DNA of 64,000 bases from Nitrospirales bacterium (GCA_963422365.1 OY729426.1:2176001-2240000), one strand, 5' to 3'; shown: positions 37,726-47,630, numbered from the stretch's first letter. The notes: generated by a model not told the origin, from the letters alone. Program-made: numbers and translations.

Positions 37726-39120
37726 TCATCCTGAGGCCTCCGGGGGGTCCGCGGCTCCCGACAGGTCGGCAGCAAATCCGGTCCGGTGCAGGCGCTGCGT
37801 CACAGGGTCGACGGCCGCCTCACCGCCCGGCCCCTGCTCCAGTGCGGCGCTCACCGCCGCCAGAGACGTGGCTTGGCCGACGACCTCGCGCACCGGGGCG
37901 ACCACGGGCTCCAGCAGCGGCTCCCAGTCATCCAGGATCGCGGAGGTGGCGGCCTCCAGGGTGGCGTCGGTGGCCCGGGCTGCCCTCACCCCGGGGCTCT
38001 CCCGTGAGGAGAGGGGGCGAAGAGGGAGCGAGTGGGCGGCGAGCGTCACCGGTGCGCCCGGAGCGGGCGCCGGAGTGCCGGCGTGGGCGGGCGTCTCCAC
38101 CCACTCGCCGCCGTAGACCGATTGCACGTGGGCGAGCGTCGGGCGCCGCCCGGCGGTGCGGGCCACGATCTCCTCGCGCACGGCCCGGGCATCGAGATCC
38201 TCCGGCGGGGCGGCATCGCGGTGCAGCCGCGGCACGGCCGCCCCCGGCCAATTCCAGGCCGCCCACCAGCGCACCACGGAGGTATTGAGGGCTGCGTCCA
38301 GTAGCCGGCAGTCGGCTTCGACGGTCTCGTCGCGTACATCTTTTTGGACCTCCGCGGTGCCCCGCCAGGGGCCTTGGTCGGTGGTCGAGGATTGGCCGAG
38401 GATGCGCCGGGTGATCGCCCGATCCCAATACTCGATATAGGCCAGGTGGCTGCCCTCCGAGCGCCGCACGGCCTCTAAGAGCTCGATCGATTGGTCCTCG
38501 GGGATGGCGACGCCGGAGGCCCCCGCCAGGTCGCGGAGTAGCCCCAGCAGCCGATCCACCTCGGCCTGGTCGGCCCCCCGGCGATACGTGGCCTTCGCCG
38601 TCGGGGTCCCAAATTTTTCAAGTGCCGTGGCCCAAAATTTGACCCCGAGGCGCTTGAGCTCCACGGGCCAATAGCACCAGCGGGCCAGGCCGACCCCGTG
38701 CGGCACGTCGCCGTGCTCCCCCGGGCGGGCGAGCAGGACAAATTTGTGCGGCGGCACGGGCACGCCCTGAGGCGCCGCTTCGGTGCGCAGAGCCAGGTCG
38801 CCCCGGGCATCCCAGCAGAAGCGATCCGGTGCGCGGACCCTCAGGGCGGCCAGATGCACGCCGGCGGCAGAGGGCTGCCAGACGGCCTCGGCCACGGCGT
38901 AGCCATACCAGACGGCGTAGAGCAGTCGCCGGCACACGAGATCGAGATCGAGCGCCTGGAGTTCGTCGCGCAGGGCCTCAGCGGCGCGCCGATCCCGCCG
39001 CCGCTCCCCCCCGGGCTCCACGGCCCAGGACTTGGCCACGGCGGCGTCGAGCCGCTGGTCCAGCGCACTCGCCACCCGCTCGTCCCGAAGTACCTCGCGG
39101 TACAGCCGCAGGGAGGCCAG
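37726..39120 (-). CDS. Mu gp29-like portal protein (DUF935), probably 5'-truncated
   Basis: 'LRLYREVLRDERVASALDQR', 'AVWYGYAVAE', 'PHGVGLARWCYWP', 'FWATALEKFGTP' and 'ILGQSSTT'. Homology extends upstream of the called GTG without a clear start. Confidence 0.8.
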   Translation of the reverse strand: MASLRLYREVLRDERVASALDQRLDAAVAKSWAVEPGGERRRDRRAAEALRDELQALDLDLVCRRLLYAVWYGYAVAEAVWQPSAAGVHLAALRVRAPDRFCWDARGDLALRTEAAPQGVPVPPHKFVLLARPGEHGDVPHGVGLARWCYWPVELKRLGVKFWATALEKFGTPTAKATYRRGADQAEVDRLLGLLRDLAGASGVAIPEDQSIELLEAVRRSEGSHLAYIEYWDRAITRRILGQSSTTDQGPWRGTAEVQKDVRDETVEADCRLLDAALNTSVVRWWAAWNWPGAAVPRLHRDAAPPEDLDARAVREEIVARTAGRRPTLAHVQSVYGGEWVETPAHAGTPAPAPGAPVTLAAHSLPLRPLSSRESPGVRAARATDATLEAATSAILDDWEPLLEPVVAPVREVVGQATSLAAVSAALEQGPGGEAAVDPVTQRLHRTGFAADLSGAADPPEASG

Positions 39121-39176
39121 GTCGTCTCGCGGCAGCGTCCTGGGGAAGGGAGAAGCCGTGATGATGAGCAGGGCGC

Positions 39177-39317
39177 CTAGAGCCAGAAGTAATCCAGCAG
39201 GAGGGTGAGCCCGGCGAGCACCGCCACCGGCACCAGCACCAGGCCGAGGGGGAGCATCACGCCGGCGAGGAGGACAAATTTCAGCAGATCCCAGAGGGTG
39301 TCTTCTTGAATATCCAT
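39177..39317 (-). CDS. 46-aa hydrophobic membrane peptide
   Basis: MDIQEDTLWDLLKFVLLAGVMLPLGLVLVPVAVLAGLTLLLDYFWL, translated by hand. Confidence 0.4.
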   Translation of the reverse strand: MDIQEDTLWDLLKFVLLAGVMLPLGLVLVPVAVLAGLTLLLDYFWL

Positions 39318-39337
39318 ACGTGAGCGGAGACTAGCAC

Positions 39338-39466
39338 ATGGCGGGGAGAGATCTCAAGCTCAGCCTGCGGATTGCCACGGAGCTCGGGCAGACGAGAGCC
39401 AAGCTCACTCGACTCGAGAGCGACCTGCGCGATCTCCGGCGGGTGAGGGTCAGTAGATGGTGTTGA
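39338..39466 (+). pseudogene. Short tape-measure-protein-like N-terminal fragment
   Basis: MAGRDLKLSLRIATELGQTRAKLTRLE..., a paralog of the 39628 fragment. Confidence 0.45.
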
Positions 39467-39569
39467 TGAGGGCGACGAGGCCGGCCAGCAGCAGCCCACA
39501 GACGGCAGCGGGGCCGAAGATGCCCACCACAAAGAAGAGGACCCACTCTCGAAACGTCCCATGATCCAT
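39450..39569 (-). CDS. 39-aa hydrophobic membrane peptide
   Basis: MDHGTFREWVLFFVVGIFGPAAVCGLLLAGLVALINTIY. Confidence 0.4.
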   Translation of the reverse strand: MDHGTFREWVLFFVVGIFGPAAVCGLLLAGLVALINTIY

Positions 39570-39627
39570 ACCCAACAGGATACCACGGCCGCGAGGGGGC
39601 GTCAAGCCCTCGGAGGAGATCGGAGCC

Positions 39628-39875
39628 ATGGCTAGAGACCTCAGGCTCGCGTTGCGGATCCAGGCCGACCTCGGGCAGACGCCCGAGCGGCTCAACAGGC
39701 TCAAAGGGCAGCTCGGAGGGGTGGCCGGTGGCGCCAACGCCATCAGACGGCAGAGCGGCCCGGCCGCGAGGGGGCTCCGGTCGCTCGGCACGGCCGCCCG
39801 TGACGCCGTCCTCCTCTTCGGGCGGGCTGGGGCCACCCTCTTCGTACCCCACAGCGCCACCCGCGGTCTCTACGT
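39628..39875 (+). pseudogene. Tape-measure-protein-like N-terminal fragment truncated at the element end
   Basis: MARDLRLALRIQADLGQ... is an Ala/Gly-rich start typical of tape measure proteins and runs into the terminal repeat. Confidence 0.5.
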
Positions 39876-39927
39876 ATTCACTCGTAAGACTTTTCTAGCC
39901 ATTCCTAATTATTTTCGTTCGGCTACA

Positions 39928-40170
39928 GGCAATATCCTGTTGTATGCTGAATATTTCTCCCTTTACGCACAAATCCTCATCTCATTCCGTCTCAATGATC
40001 CTAATCTTCTGTGACCCGATCGACCGAATACGTTCCAGGGTATCGTCTTCGGAGTGCCCGACGTTGACGATACACTCATCCACAAGTGGCAACGCTGACG
40101 TAATGGCTTCAACGATCGGAAAGTCGTATTGAATGGCATTCCGCATGAATGTCAACCCGCTGACGTTCAT
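39928..40170 (-). pseudogene. 5' part of the split GT2 gene
   Basis: MNVSGLTFMRNAIQYDFPIVEAITSALPLVDE...KIRIIETE*DEDLCVKGEIFSIQQDIA, with a TGA at 39982-84 where Trp is expected. Confidence 0.85.
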
Positions 40171-40234
40171 ACACTCAACTTCCTGATTTTGTTGAAAATC
40201 TGAAGACTCAACAATCTCTCTGAAATTCATTTGT

Positions 40235-41347
40235 CTAAGGCATAAGAAGATTCCGGTACACCAGATCGTTTTTTTTTACGGTATTTTCTGAGCTGAAGCA
40301 ATCCACAACCAACTTTCGCCCTTTTCGAGCCGTTTCCTTGGAAAGTTCCATATGACGCAATACGTCAACAATCTGGCTGGCTAAAGCGTGAGCATCCTTT
40401 GGGGGGACGAGAAATCCAGTTTCCTGGTGACAAACAATATCTGAAATGCCCCCCACGTTTGTTGCGACCACAGGCACCTCCATGGCCAAAGCTTGTGGAA
40501 TAGTTTGAGTCAAGGTTTCATCAGACGTGGAGGCAACCACAAAAACATCCAGAGCAGCCATGACCTCCGGGACATCATTTCGATGTCCAATGATTACAAT
40601 CCTTTTTTCCAGCCACATCCCAGTTATTTTTTTTAACAGCCGTTCTTTTTCAGGGCCATCGCCGACAAGGACAAAACGACAGTAAGGCATCTGCTCAAGA
40701 ACGATATGAGCCGCATCAATAAAATACTCAAGGCCTTTATAGCTTCGCAAAAAACACACCGCACCGACGAGAAATTCGTCTTTCTTCACGCCAATTTCTT
40801 CCCTGAATTTCCTGCCGTCGATCTTAGGGGAAAATTTGGAGATATCTGCACCAGTAGGTATAGTAACAACTTTGGCTTCATGGAATCCATGCTCTTCAAT
40901 GAGAGCTCTCCTTGTAGTTTCCCCTCCGGTTGTTACAATGGTATCCACAAGAGAATGATATAACAGGTTGTTCACAAAATTTTTGGCAATCGGAGTCGTT
41001 TTATGTCTCGTCAATACCATGCGCGGGCGTTGCGGAGACAATTTTGACGCCACCCCACCGATCCAACTATCACGTGATCCATGAGTATGAATAATGTCAA
41101 TTTGATGCTTGTGCAGGATGGTCACAAGTTTCAAAATCGCCCAGGGATACAGCGGCTTCCCCATGAGAAGAGTATAGTGAGGAATGTGGCGTTCCTGAGC
41201 AATGCGTGCCAATTGGCTATGCGGCCGAATGACCAACTGAACATAATACCCTCTTTTTCTCTGTCCCTCTGTCAAAGCTAGGGTGGCATATTCTTGCCCT
41301 CCCAGCGTCATTGATGAGTCGGTTTGAAGAATCCGTATTGGTTTCAC
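40235..41347 (-). CDS. Glycosyltransferase family 4
   Basis: 'LGGQE', 'LRSYKG' and 'ETLTQTIPQALAMEVPVVAT'. Confidence 0.9.
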   Translation of the reverse strand: MKPIRILQTDSSMTLGGQEYATLALTEGQRKRGYYVQLVIRPHSQLARIAQERHIPHYTLLMGKPLYPWAILKLVTILHKHQIDIIHTHGSRDSWIGGVASKLSPQRPRMVLTRHKTTPIAKNFVNNLLYHSLVDTIVTTGGETTRRALIEEHGFHEAKVVTIPTGADISKFSPKIDGRKFREEIGVKKDEFLVGAVCFLRSYKGLEYFIDAAHIVLEQMPYCRFVLVGDGPEKERLLKKITGMWLEKRIVIIGHRNDVPEVMAALDVFVVASTSDETLTQTIPQALAMEVPVVATNVGGISDIVCHQETGFLVPPKDAHALASQIVDVLRHMELSKETARKGRKLVVDCFSSENTVKKNDLVYRNLLMP

Positions 41348-41434
41348 GTGAACCCGTTCTGTGCAGCCTCAAGCGGGAGGTCCTTAACGCACCTTGATTT
41401 CCCTTCCTCACAGAAGGACATCAAAAAATATTGC

Positions 41435-42226
41435 TTAACGTTTAATTTCATTTACATGACTGTTTTGAGCGTCCATTAGAGGATTTTCAGTCATCTCCCA
41501 AAACTTAGCGTACTTTACAAAGGTATAGTAGGCATAGAGACCAGCCAGGATAAGCCCCGGCTTGCCGTCTAACCCCCCCCTTCGCAGCACGTACATTTTC
41601 ATAAAGGTAAACAGGGGATGAGAGAAAAGCTGATGAACATGAAACGCTCGGCCTCGCTTGACCATTTCTTCAGCCATGAGCGTGGAATACCGATCCATCT
41701 TCATAAGATAATGATCAATGTCCCGAAAAGGGTATTGATCAACAGGCGATTGCAAATATCCAAGTCGTCCATCCAGTTCATAGGATTCATGCACGAGGTC
41801 CGGCTTGTAGCGCAGACGGCCTTTATGAAAAAATTGAGGTTGACGGTAATCAGGATACCACCCGCTCCGTTTGATCCATCGGCCTAAAAAATAATTCCTG
41901 CGCGGGACAAGAAAGGCATCGGCTTCAGGGCCCTGTTCGAGTTGGTAGCGGACTTCTTCCTGTAACTCAACCGTCGCTCGTTCATCCGTATCCAGACTCA
42001 AGATCCAGTCATGAGTGGCGTGAGCAATCGCCTCATTTCGAAGTTTCCCGAATCCGGTGAATTCATGTTGAAACACGTTATCAGTATATTCGCGGCTAAT
42101 GGCTGCCGTGGCATCGGTACTATACGAATCCACGACAACCAATTCATCAGCCCATTTCACGCTCTCCAGGCACGGCCGCATATTCGGTTCATCGTTATAC
42201 GCAATGACGACTGCTGATATTTTCAA
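41435..42226 (-). CDS. GT2, WaaE/KdtX-like LPS glucosyltransferase
   Basis: 'VVDSYSTDAT', 'LDTDER', 'GWYPDY' and 'VHE'. Confidence 0.88.
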   Translation of the reverse strand: MKISAVVIAYNDEPNMRPCLESVKWADELVVVDSYSTDATAAISREYTDNVFQHEFTGFGKLRNEAIAHATHDWILSLDTDERATVELQEEVRYQLEQGPEADAFLVPRRNYFLGRWIKRSGWYPDYRQPQFFHKGRLRYKPDLVHESYELDGRLGYLQSPVDQYPFRDIDHYLMKMDRYSTLMAEEMVKRGRAFHVHQLFSHPLFTFMKMYVLRRGGLDGKPGLILAGLYAYYTFVKYAKFWEMTENPLMDAQNSHVNEIKR

Positions 42227-42378
42227 GATGCAATTTCTTCCTTCGCTTCGGATGACAAATTCCTACATTCCCGCTAAGAGACGGCGGACATTGTAAATAT
42301 TCACTCATGCTTAGAATAGAACCCTGGATTCCCGATTAAAAATGTGGGGAATGACAGGAAGGAAAGAGCCTGTCCCTC

Positions 42379-43461
42379 TCACCCTAGCCTCTCCCGTCCA
42401 GGGAAAGGGGATGTCATCGCTAACATTCTTTCGGCTTGACCTATGACTTCTTCAGCCGAAATAGATTCCAAACATTCCAGATGATACGAGTTTTGGCATT
42501 TCCGTAATCCACACGGGCGACAGGCTGTGGTATGACTGACCATACGAACATGGCCTATCCCATAAGGACCGGTCGCTTGGGGATTCGTAGGACCAAAACA
42601 CGCAATCACCGGCACCCGGCAAGCAGCCGCCATGTGAATCGGGCCTGAATCATTCGCAATACACAGTTGGACTTTATCAAAGACAAGGCTCAATTGGCGA
42701 ATCCGCGTTTTTCCAATCAGATTGATTAACGCGGGTCCCAGTACCTTGGAAAAACGCTGACTGATTTGGGATTCAGCTGGTGATCCGATCAGAACAATTT
42801 TAATGTCCTTTTGTTTTGCCAAAGACACGGCCACCTCAAGAAACCGCTCAAGTGGCCAGTTTTTCATGGTATGCTTGGAGGCCGGGGCTATGGCAATAAG
42901 CCGATCCTGAGGTTCCACCTCTCCTCCGGCGAACAACTGATGAATCACAGCTCGATCTTCCTGCCATCTCGGCAACCAAAACCGTGGATGTTCCGTGGAA
43001 GCACCAAAAAATTTTGCAATCTCGAGGTTTCGGTCGACCGCATGGATATCCAGTAAACGCCAGGGCTGTTTGCCATCATTTGGCAATCGAACACGATGGG
43101 TATAAAACCACGGACTTCCTTCCCGTCCTTGCGCAAACCCCACACGAACCGAAGATCCTGACAGCTTGGCAAGCAGGCCGGACCGGAATAAGCCTTGCAG
43201 ATCCACCACACAATCAAACGCCTGCTCGCGAACCATTGCGATGATCTTCCACCAAGAGCGAAGACGAAAGTCGACAGGGATGACTTCAGAGAGATCGGGA
43301 TGGCCTTCTAGCAATTCTGCCCATTCCGATTTGACCAACCAGGAAATTCGCGAATAAGGAAAAACTGCACGTAACGCACTCAAGGTCGGCAGGGCATGGA
43401 TGATATCCCCTAATGAGCTCGGCTTAATAATCAAAACATTCTTAGGTTGAAACGCAAGCAT
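42379..43461 (-). CDS. waaC: ADP-heptose:LPS heptosyltransferase I-like (GT9)
   Basis: 'IIKPSSLGDIIHALP', 'DLQGLFRS' and 'ANDSGPIHMAAA'. Start set at ATG 43461. Confidence 0.75.
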   Translation of the reverse strand: MLAFQPKNVLIIKPSSLGDIIHALPTLSALRAVFPYSRISWLVKSEWAELLEGHPDLSEVIPVDFRLRSWWKIIAMVREQAFDCVVDLQGLFRSGLLAKLSGSSVRVGFAQGREGSPWFYTHRVRLPNDGKQPWRLLDIHAVDRNLEIAKFFGASTEHPRFWLPRWQEDRAVIHQLFAGGEVEPQDRLIAIAPASKHTMKNWPLERFLEVAVSLAKQKDIKIVLIGSPAESQISQRFSKVLGPALINLIGKTRIRQLSLVFDKVQLCIANDSGPIHMAAACRVPVIACFGPTNPQATGPYGIGHVRMVSHTTACRPCGLRKCQNSYHLECLESISAEEVIGQAERMLAMTSPFPGRERLG

Positions 43462-43510
43462 ACCGCTATGGAACAAAGAGCGTCGAAATTGCCATCTCAG
43501 CAGACAGGTG

Positions 43511-44080
43511 TCAGCAACCTTGCCGACTCTGCCGCAGGATCCAGGAGACCGCATCAGTGAAACAGGGAGCGATGAAATCGACCGGCAATTTTTTCTTGTG
43601 ACAGATGGCGACAGAGTCATGACCGTCGGGACCTGTCATGACCAAAACGCCTTTGGCCCCTACCTGATGAGCCAACTCGATATCGAGATGCTGATCGCCC
43701 ACGACATAACTTTTTGACAAATCAATTGTATGGCGCACGACGGCTTGTTCGATCATTCCAGGATTCGGTTTTCGACACCGGCATCCGTCATCAGGATGAT
43801 GCGGACAAACGAACACGTCATCCAACCAAGCCTTTGCTTCGGCGAGACCATTTTCTAATTTTTTATGAATAGCTTCCAGGTTCTGAAGCGAAAAATAACC
43901 ACGTGCAATACCGGATTGGTTACTCACCAGAATGACTTTCAGGCCTGCGAGATTTAATTGCCGAATCGCCTCCGGCACCTTCGGGAACAATTCAAAGGCC
44001 TTGGAGGACGCAAGATACTGGGTGTCCGGATTCAGCGTCCCATCACGATCCAAAAATACAGCCACATGATTGGAGGTCAT
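43511..44080 (-). CDS. gmhB: D-glycero-D-manno-heptose 1,7-bisphosphate phosphatase
   Basis: 'FLDRDGTLN', 'SNQSGIARG', 'CPHHPDDGCRCRKP' and 'VGD'. Confidence 0.9.
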   Translation of the reverse strand: MTSNHVAVFLDRDGTLNPDTQYLASSKAFELFPKVPEAIRQLNLAGLKVILVSNQSGIARGYFSLQNLEAIHKKLENGLAEAKAWLDDVFVCPHHPDDGCRCRKPNPGMIEQAVVRHTIDLSKSYVVGDQHLDIELAHQVGAKGVLVMTGPDGHDSVAICHKKKLPVDFIAPCFTDAVSWILRQSRQGC

Positions 44081-44111
44081 GGCCAGACATGCTCAGAGGT
44101 GACGCTGCCTA

Positions 44112-45194
44112 TCAGGATACCCCATGTCCTTCGAGGATCCCTTTCGCAGCTTGAACCACTTGATCGGTGGAGATTGAAGTCATACAACGATGATCAATGG
44201 GACATTCGCGAAGGAAACAGGGTGAACAGCCTACAGGATTTCTTGCAATCGTATGCAGGGCATTATAGGGTGCCGTGGTCGCAGGATCGGTTGGACCAAA
44301 AACAGCCACAACGGGAACGCCTAAGGCATTCGCCATATGCATCGGGCCTGTATCATTCGTCACAAAAAGATGACATCGTTGAAGAATTGCTTTTAACTCG
44401 CCTAATGAGGTTCTTCCCGAAAGGACCAGCGGGTTTGAACCCATCCGTTGGGCAACGGCCTCACCCAATACCTCCTCTCCCGAACCTCCGACGATCAAAC
44501 ATCGAACAGAACTTGGAACCTGCTGCCGCAACTCACCTATTAACCGATCAGCCACGGCAGCAAAACGTTCGGGCAACCAGCGCTTCGCCCCGCCATAAAC
44601 GGATCCTGGATTCAAACCAATGATAACTTCTGAAGCCTGGATGCCACCTTCTTGCAACAAGCGATCTGCCCGTGCCTGCTCTTCGGGAGACACATGGAGC
44701 ATCGGCTTCGGGGTGAATGTCTCTTGTCCAAGAGGACCAAGCAGGTCCATATAATAGTGAACCTGGTGTACCGTATGCATGCTATTCAGAGCGACAGGAT
44801 GCGTGAGCAACAACTTCCGACCATCCGTGGCATACCCGTATCGCAGAGGAATTCCAGCAAGCACGCCCAACAATGCCGCTTCAAAAGCATTTTGAAAGAA
44901 CAAAGCCAGATCATACCTTCCCTTACGAAGGCTTGCGGCCAACCTCAACTTTCCTCGCCATCCTGCATGGATCCCTTGGTGATCATACACGACAATGTGG
45001 TGCACACTGGGATGCCCAATAAATAACTCGCCAATCGCGGGACGAACTAAAAGGGAAATTTCCGAATCGGGAAACGCTTGACGAATCGCTTCTACGGCTG
45101 GGACGCACATCACGGCGTCACCGATCCAATTCGGCCCACGAACCAAAATTTTCTTTGCCTTGTCTGGTTGGATCTTGAACGCTTGTACAGCCAT
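44112..45194 (-). CDS. waaF: ADP-heptose:LPS heptosyltransferase II
   Basis: 'VRGPNWIGDAVM', 'NPGSVYGGAKRW' and 'TNDTGPMH'. Confidence 0.9.
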   Translation of the reverse strand: MAVQAFKIQPDKAKKILVRGPNWIGDAVMCVPAVEAIRQAFPDSEISLLVRPAIGELFIGHPSVHHIVVYDHQGIHAGWRGKLRLAASLRKGRYDLALFFQNAFEAALLGVLAGIPLRYGYATDGRKLLLTHPVALNSMHTVHQVHYYMDLLGPLGQETFTPKPMLHVSPEEQARADRLLQEGGIQASEVIIGLNPGSVYGGAKRWLPERFAAVADRLIGELRQQVPSSVRCLIVGGSGEEVLGEAVAQRMGSNPLVLSGRTSLGELKAILQRCHLFVTNDTGPMHMANALGVPVVAVFGPTDPATTAPYNALHTIARNPVGCSPCFLRECPIDHRCMTSISTDQVVQAAKGILEGHGVS

Positions 45195-45249
45195 GGCTAT
45201 TGCAAAATTCGCTGTCTTCTTTCAGCAAAATCAAAACAATGAACACCCG

Positions 45250-46281
45250 TTACAAAGCCAATAATGCTTTTTCTAATCGATGTTGGCCATTCAAAAACTC
45301 TACCTCAAGAGAAACAGCAAACACAGGAGTAGAGAGCGCCCAACTTGCTTGAACTTTCATGAGATCCTTTTCCGTTGTGAGCACCAAAGCCGGCTGACTC
45401 TGCTCAATACGTCGATAAATCTCTTTGATCTTAGAAGGGACATACGCTTCATGATCTGGAAAAACAAGTTCATCCGCCACGCGCACACCGAGTGCATTCA
45501 CTGTCCGACGAAACTGATTCGAATTGCCAACACCGCTGAAGATGAGCGATTTTTTCCCGCGGATATCGGAAAGAGTCTGATGCATGGATTCCGATGCACC
45601 AACTAATTTTTTGACCGTAAATCTTGTCGTGATGGGATTGATCATGCAACCCATGGCTGTCTCTAGGGGTTCGACTATCTTAGAAATCGCTGATTCATCT
45701 TCAACTCGCGTCAGAATAATATCTGAGGCTCTTCTTGCTTCACCAAGCAGTTCCCGAAGTTTGCCTATGGGAAGAAGCCCTTTGATCCCATTCAGATCGG
45801 AACTATCAACCAGCAACAAATTCACGTCACGATCAAGGCCTACATGTTGAAACCCATCATCTAAAATGAAACAGTCAAGGGGCATTTGTCTTAATACCCA
45901 ACGGCCCAGTTGATATCGATCAGCCCCAACCGCTACGACAACACCCTGACATCGTCGCGCCATCAAATAGGGTTCATCGCCTGCTTCATGGGGTCCGACA
46001 AGGATAGACCTGCCATCGGATACCAGCAAAAATTTTTGTCGGCTTTTTCGACGGTACCCTCGACTGAGGATACCCACCTTTTTCCCTTGTTCCAACAGCT
46101 TTTCGGCCACCCACATTGCTATAGGCGTTTTGCCCGTTCCACCAACTGTAAGATTCCCCACACTGATGACGGGGCAAGGCAACCGATGTCGCGTTAACCA
46201 CCCTTGCTCATACAGCCATATCCGAAAACGTGTCGCGCATTGATACGGGCCAGTAAGCAGCAACTTCCATCCATTCATCAT
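45250..46281 (-). CDS. lpxK: Tetraacyldisaccharide 4'-kinase
   Basis: 'SVGNLTVGGTGKTP', 'SRGY', 'LDDGFQH' and 'TTEKD'. Confidence 0.95.
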   Translation of the reverse strand: MMNGWKLLLTGPYQCATRFRIWLYEQGWLTRHRLPCPVISVGNLTVGGTGKTPIAMWVAEKLLEQGKKVGILSRGYRRKSRQKFLLVSDGRSILVGPHEAGDEPYLMARRCQGVVVAVGADRYQLGRWVLRQMPLDCFILDDGFQHVGLDRDVNLLLVDSSDLNGIKGLLPIGKLRELLGEARRASDIILTRVEDESAISKIVEPLETAMGCMINPITTRFTVKKLVGASESMHQTLSDIRGKKSLIFSGVGNSNQFRRTVNALGVRVADELVFPDHEAYVPSKIKEIYRRIEQSQPALVLTTEKDLMKVQASWALSTPVFAVSLEVEFLNGQHRLEKALLAL

Positions 46282-46331
46282 GGGGTCATGAATGCTCGAT
46301 TGAGGGAATACCTCATAAGAAAAAGGGATGA

Positions 46332-47630
46332 TTATGTTTCGCGAAAGCCGATAACGTGCTCAACCATATTCAAATTTCTCTCGACCACGCCTTGATTGTC
46401 ATCAATGACCTTTCGCGCACGTTGACCTGCATGAGACACCCAATTCCGATTTTGAATTCCCTTGATGAATGTTTCTGTCAATTCCTGCCCGTTGCGCACT
46501 CGAGTTCCACCTCCGGCCTCAATCAATAAATCTGCGATTTCCCGACAATGATCGGTGTACGGACCAAAACACACCGGTTTTCCCCAGGCTGCCGGTTCCA
46601 AGAGATTGTGCCCTCCAACCGGAACCAATGTCCCTCCGACAAACGCGATAAACGCCAACCCGTACACTTGAGCTAATTCTCCTCGGGTATCAAGAAGAAT
46701 GACCCGGGGTCCCACGAGTTTTTCATCAAAATGAACCCCTTGCAGCAACTGGCTTCGTCTCACGACAGGAAGCCCAAACTCCTGAACGGTTTGAACCAGA
46801 ACAGCACTTCGTTCAATATGGCGTGGAGCTAACAGCAAGACCACATTGGGGAATGAACGGATCAAGGCGCGATAACTTTCCAAAAGGATTTCTTCTTCAG
46901 CGGGATGAGTGCTGCCTGCGATAATCAGCCGTTCGGTTTCCGACACACCAAATGCTGAACGTTCGACCGATTGCTGAGGAGAAAAACCTCCATTCATTGT
47001 CAGATCAAATTTCATATTCCCCGTACTGCACATCCGATCCGGCGAAGCCCCTAACTCGACAAACCGGCGTGCATCTCGGCCAGATTGCAGAAGCCCTAAC
47101 GATACGGTTGAGAGAATCTGTCGCATGAACGGCCGAATCCACTGATATCGGAAAAAGGAACGGGAGGACAATCGGCCATTCACAATAACAGAAGGAATGC
47201 CCAGGCGAGAGAGCATTCGCAATAAATTCGGCCAAAGCTCGGTTTCGACGACTAAAAACCCTATGGGGTTCAGGGATTGAATAAACCGGTTGACAATCCA
47301 AGGATAATCAAGCGGCAAAAAGCAGTGAGTTGCGATGCCGGCTAATCGTTGTTCCACGGCTTCTCGTCCGGTTTCCGTGATGGTCGATACGATGATCTTG
47401 ACTGCAGGATACCGGTGATGAAGGACGGTAACAAACGGCACAACAGCGGAAACTTCCCCCAATGACACGGCATGAACCCAGAGGACTTTATCCTGAGAAC
47501 CCCACCCTTGAGGGACAACCCATCCTATTCGTTGTCGCAGGCCGGCTCGACATCGTTTTTTGATCAGCAACCCACAAAGAATAAATGGAAAACCGAGAAG
47601 AAGGAGCAAATTATAAATACCATACCACAT
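46332..47630 (-). CDS. waaA: Kdo transferase
   Basis: 'WVHAVSLGE', 'ETELWPN', 'AGSTH', 'APRHIER' and 'GGHNLLEPA'. Start set at ATG 47630. Confidence 0.95.
   Translation of the reverse strand: MWYGIYNLLLLLGFPFILCGLLIKKRCRAGLRQRIGWVVPQGWGSQDKVLWVHAVSLGEVSAVVPFVTVLHHRYPAVKIIVSTITETGREAVEQRLAGIATHCFLPLDYPWIVNRFIQSLNPIGFLVVETELWPNLLRMLSRLGIPSVIVNGRLSSRSFFRYQWIRPFMRQILSTVSLGLLQSGRDARRFVELGASPDRMCSTGNMKFDLTMNGGFSPQQSVERSAFGVSETERLIIAGSTHPAEEEILLESYRALIRSFPNVVLLLAPRHIERSAVLVQTVQEFGLPVVRRSQLLQGVHFDEKLVGPRVILLDTRGELAQVYGLAFIAFVGGTLVPVGGHNLLEPAAWGKPVCFGPYTDHCREIADLLIEAGGGTRVRNGQELTETFIKGIQNRNWVSHAGQRARKVIDDNQGVVERNLNMVEHVIGFRET

Larger units (their letters stand above)
35730..39927. mobile_element. Internally deleted Mu-like prophage or transposon (no transposase) with intact ends
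   Basis: TG...CA termini, a 29-bp imperfect terminal inverted repeat (22/29), and flanks GGCAC (35725-29) and GGCAA (39928-32). Removing it restores the GT2 frame. The interior is GC-rich with phage head genes. Confidence 0.85.
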
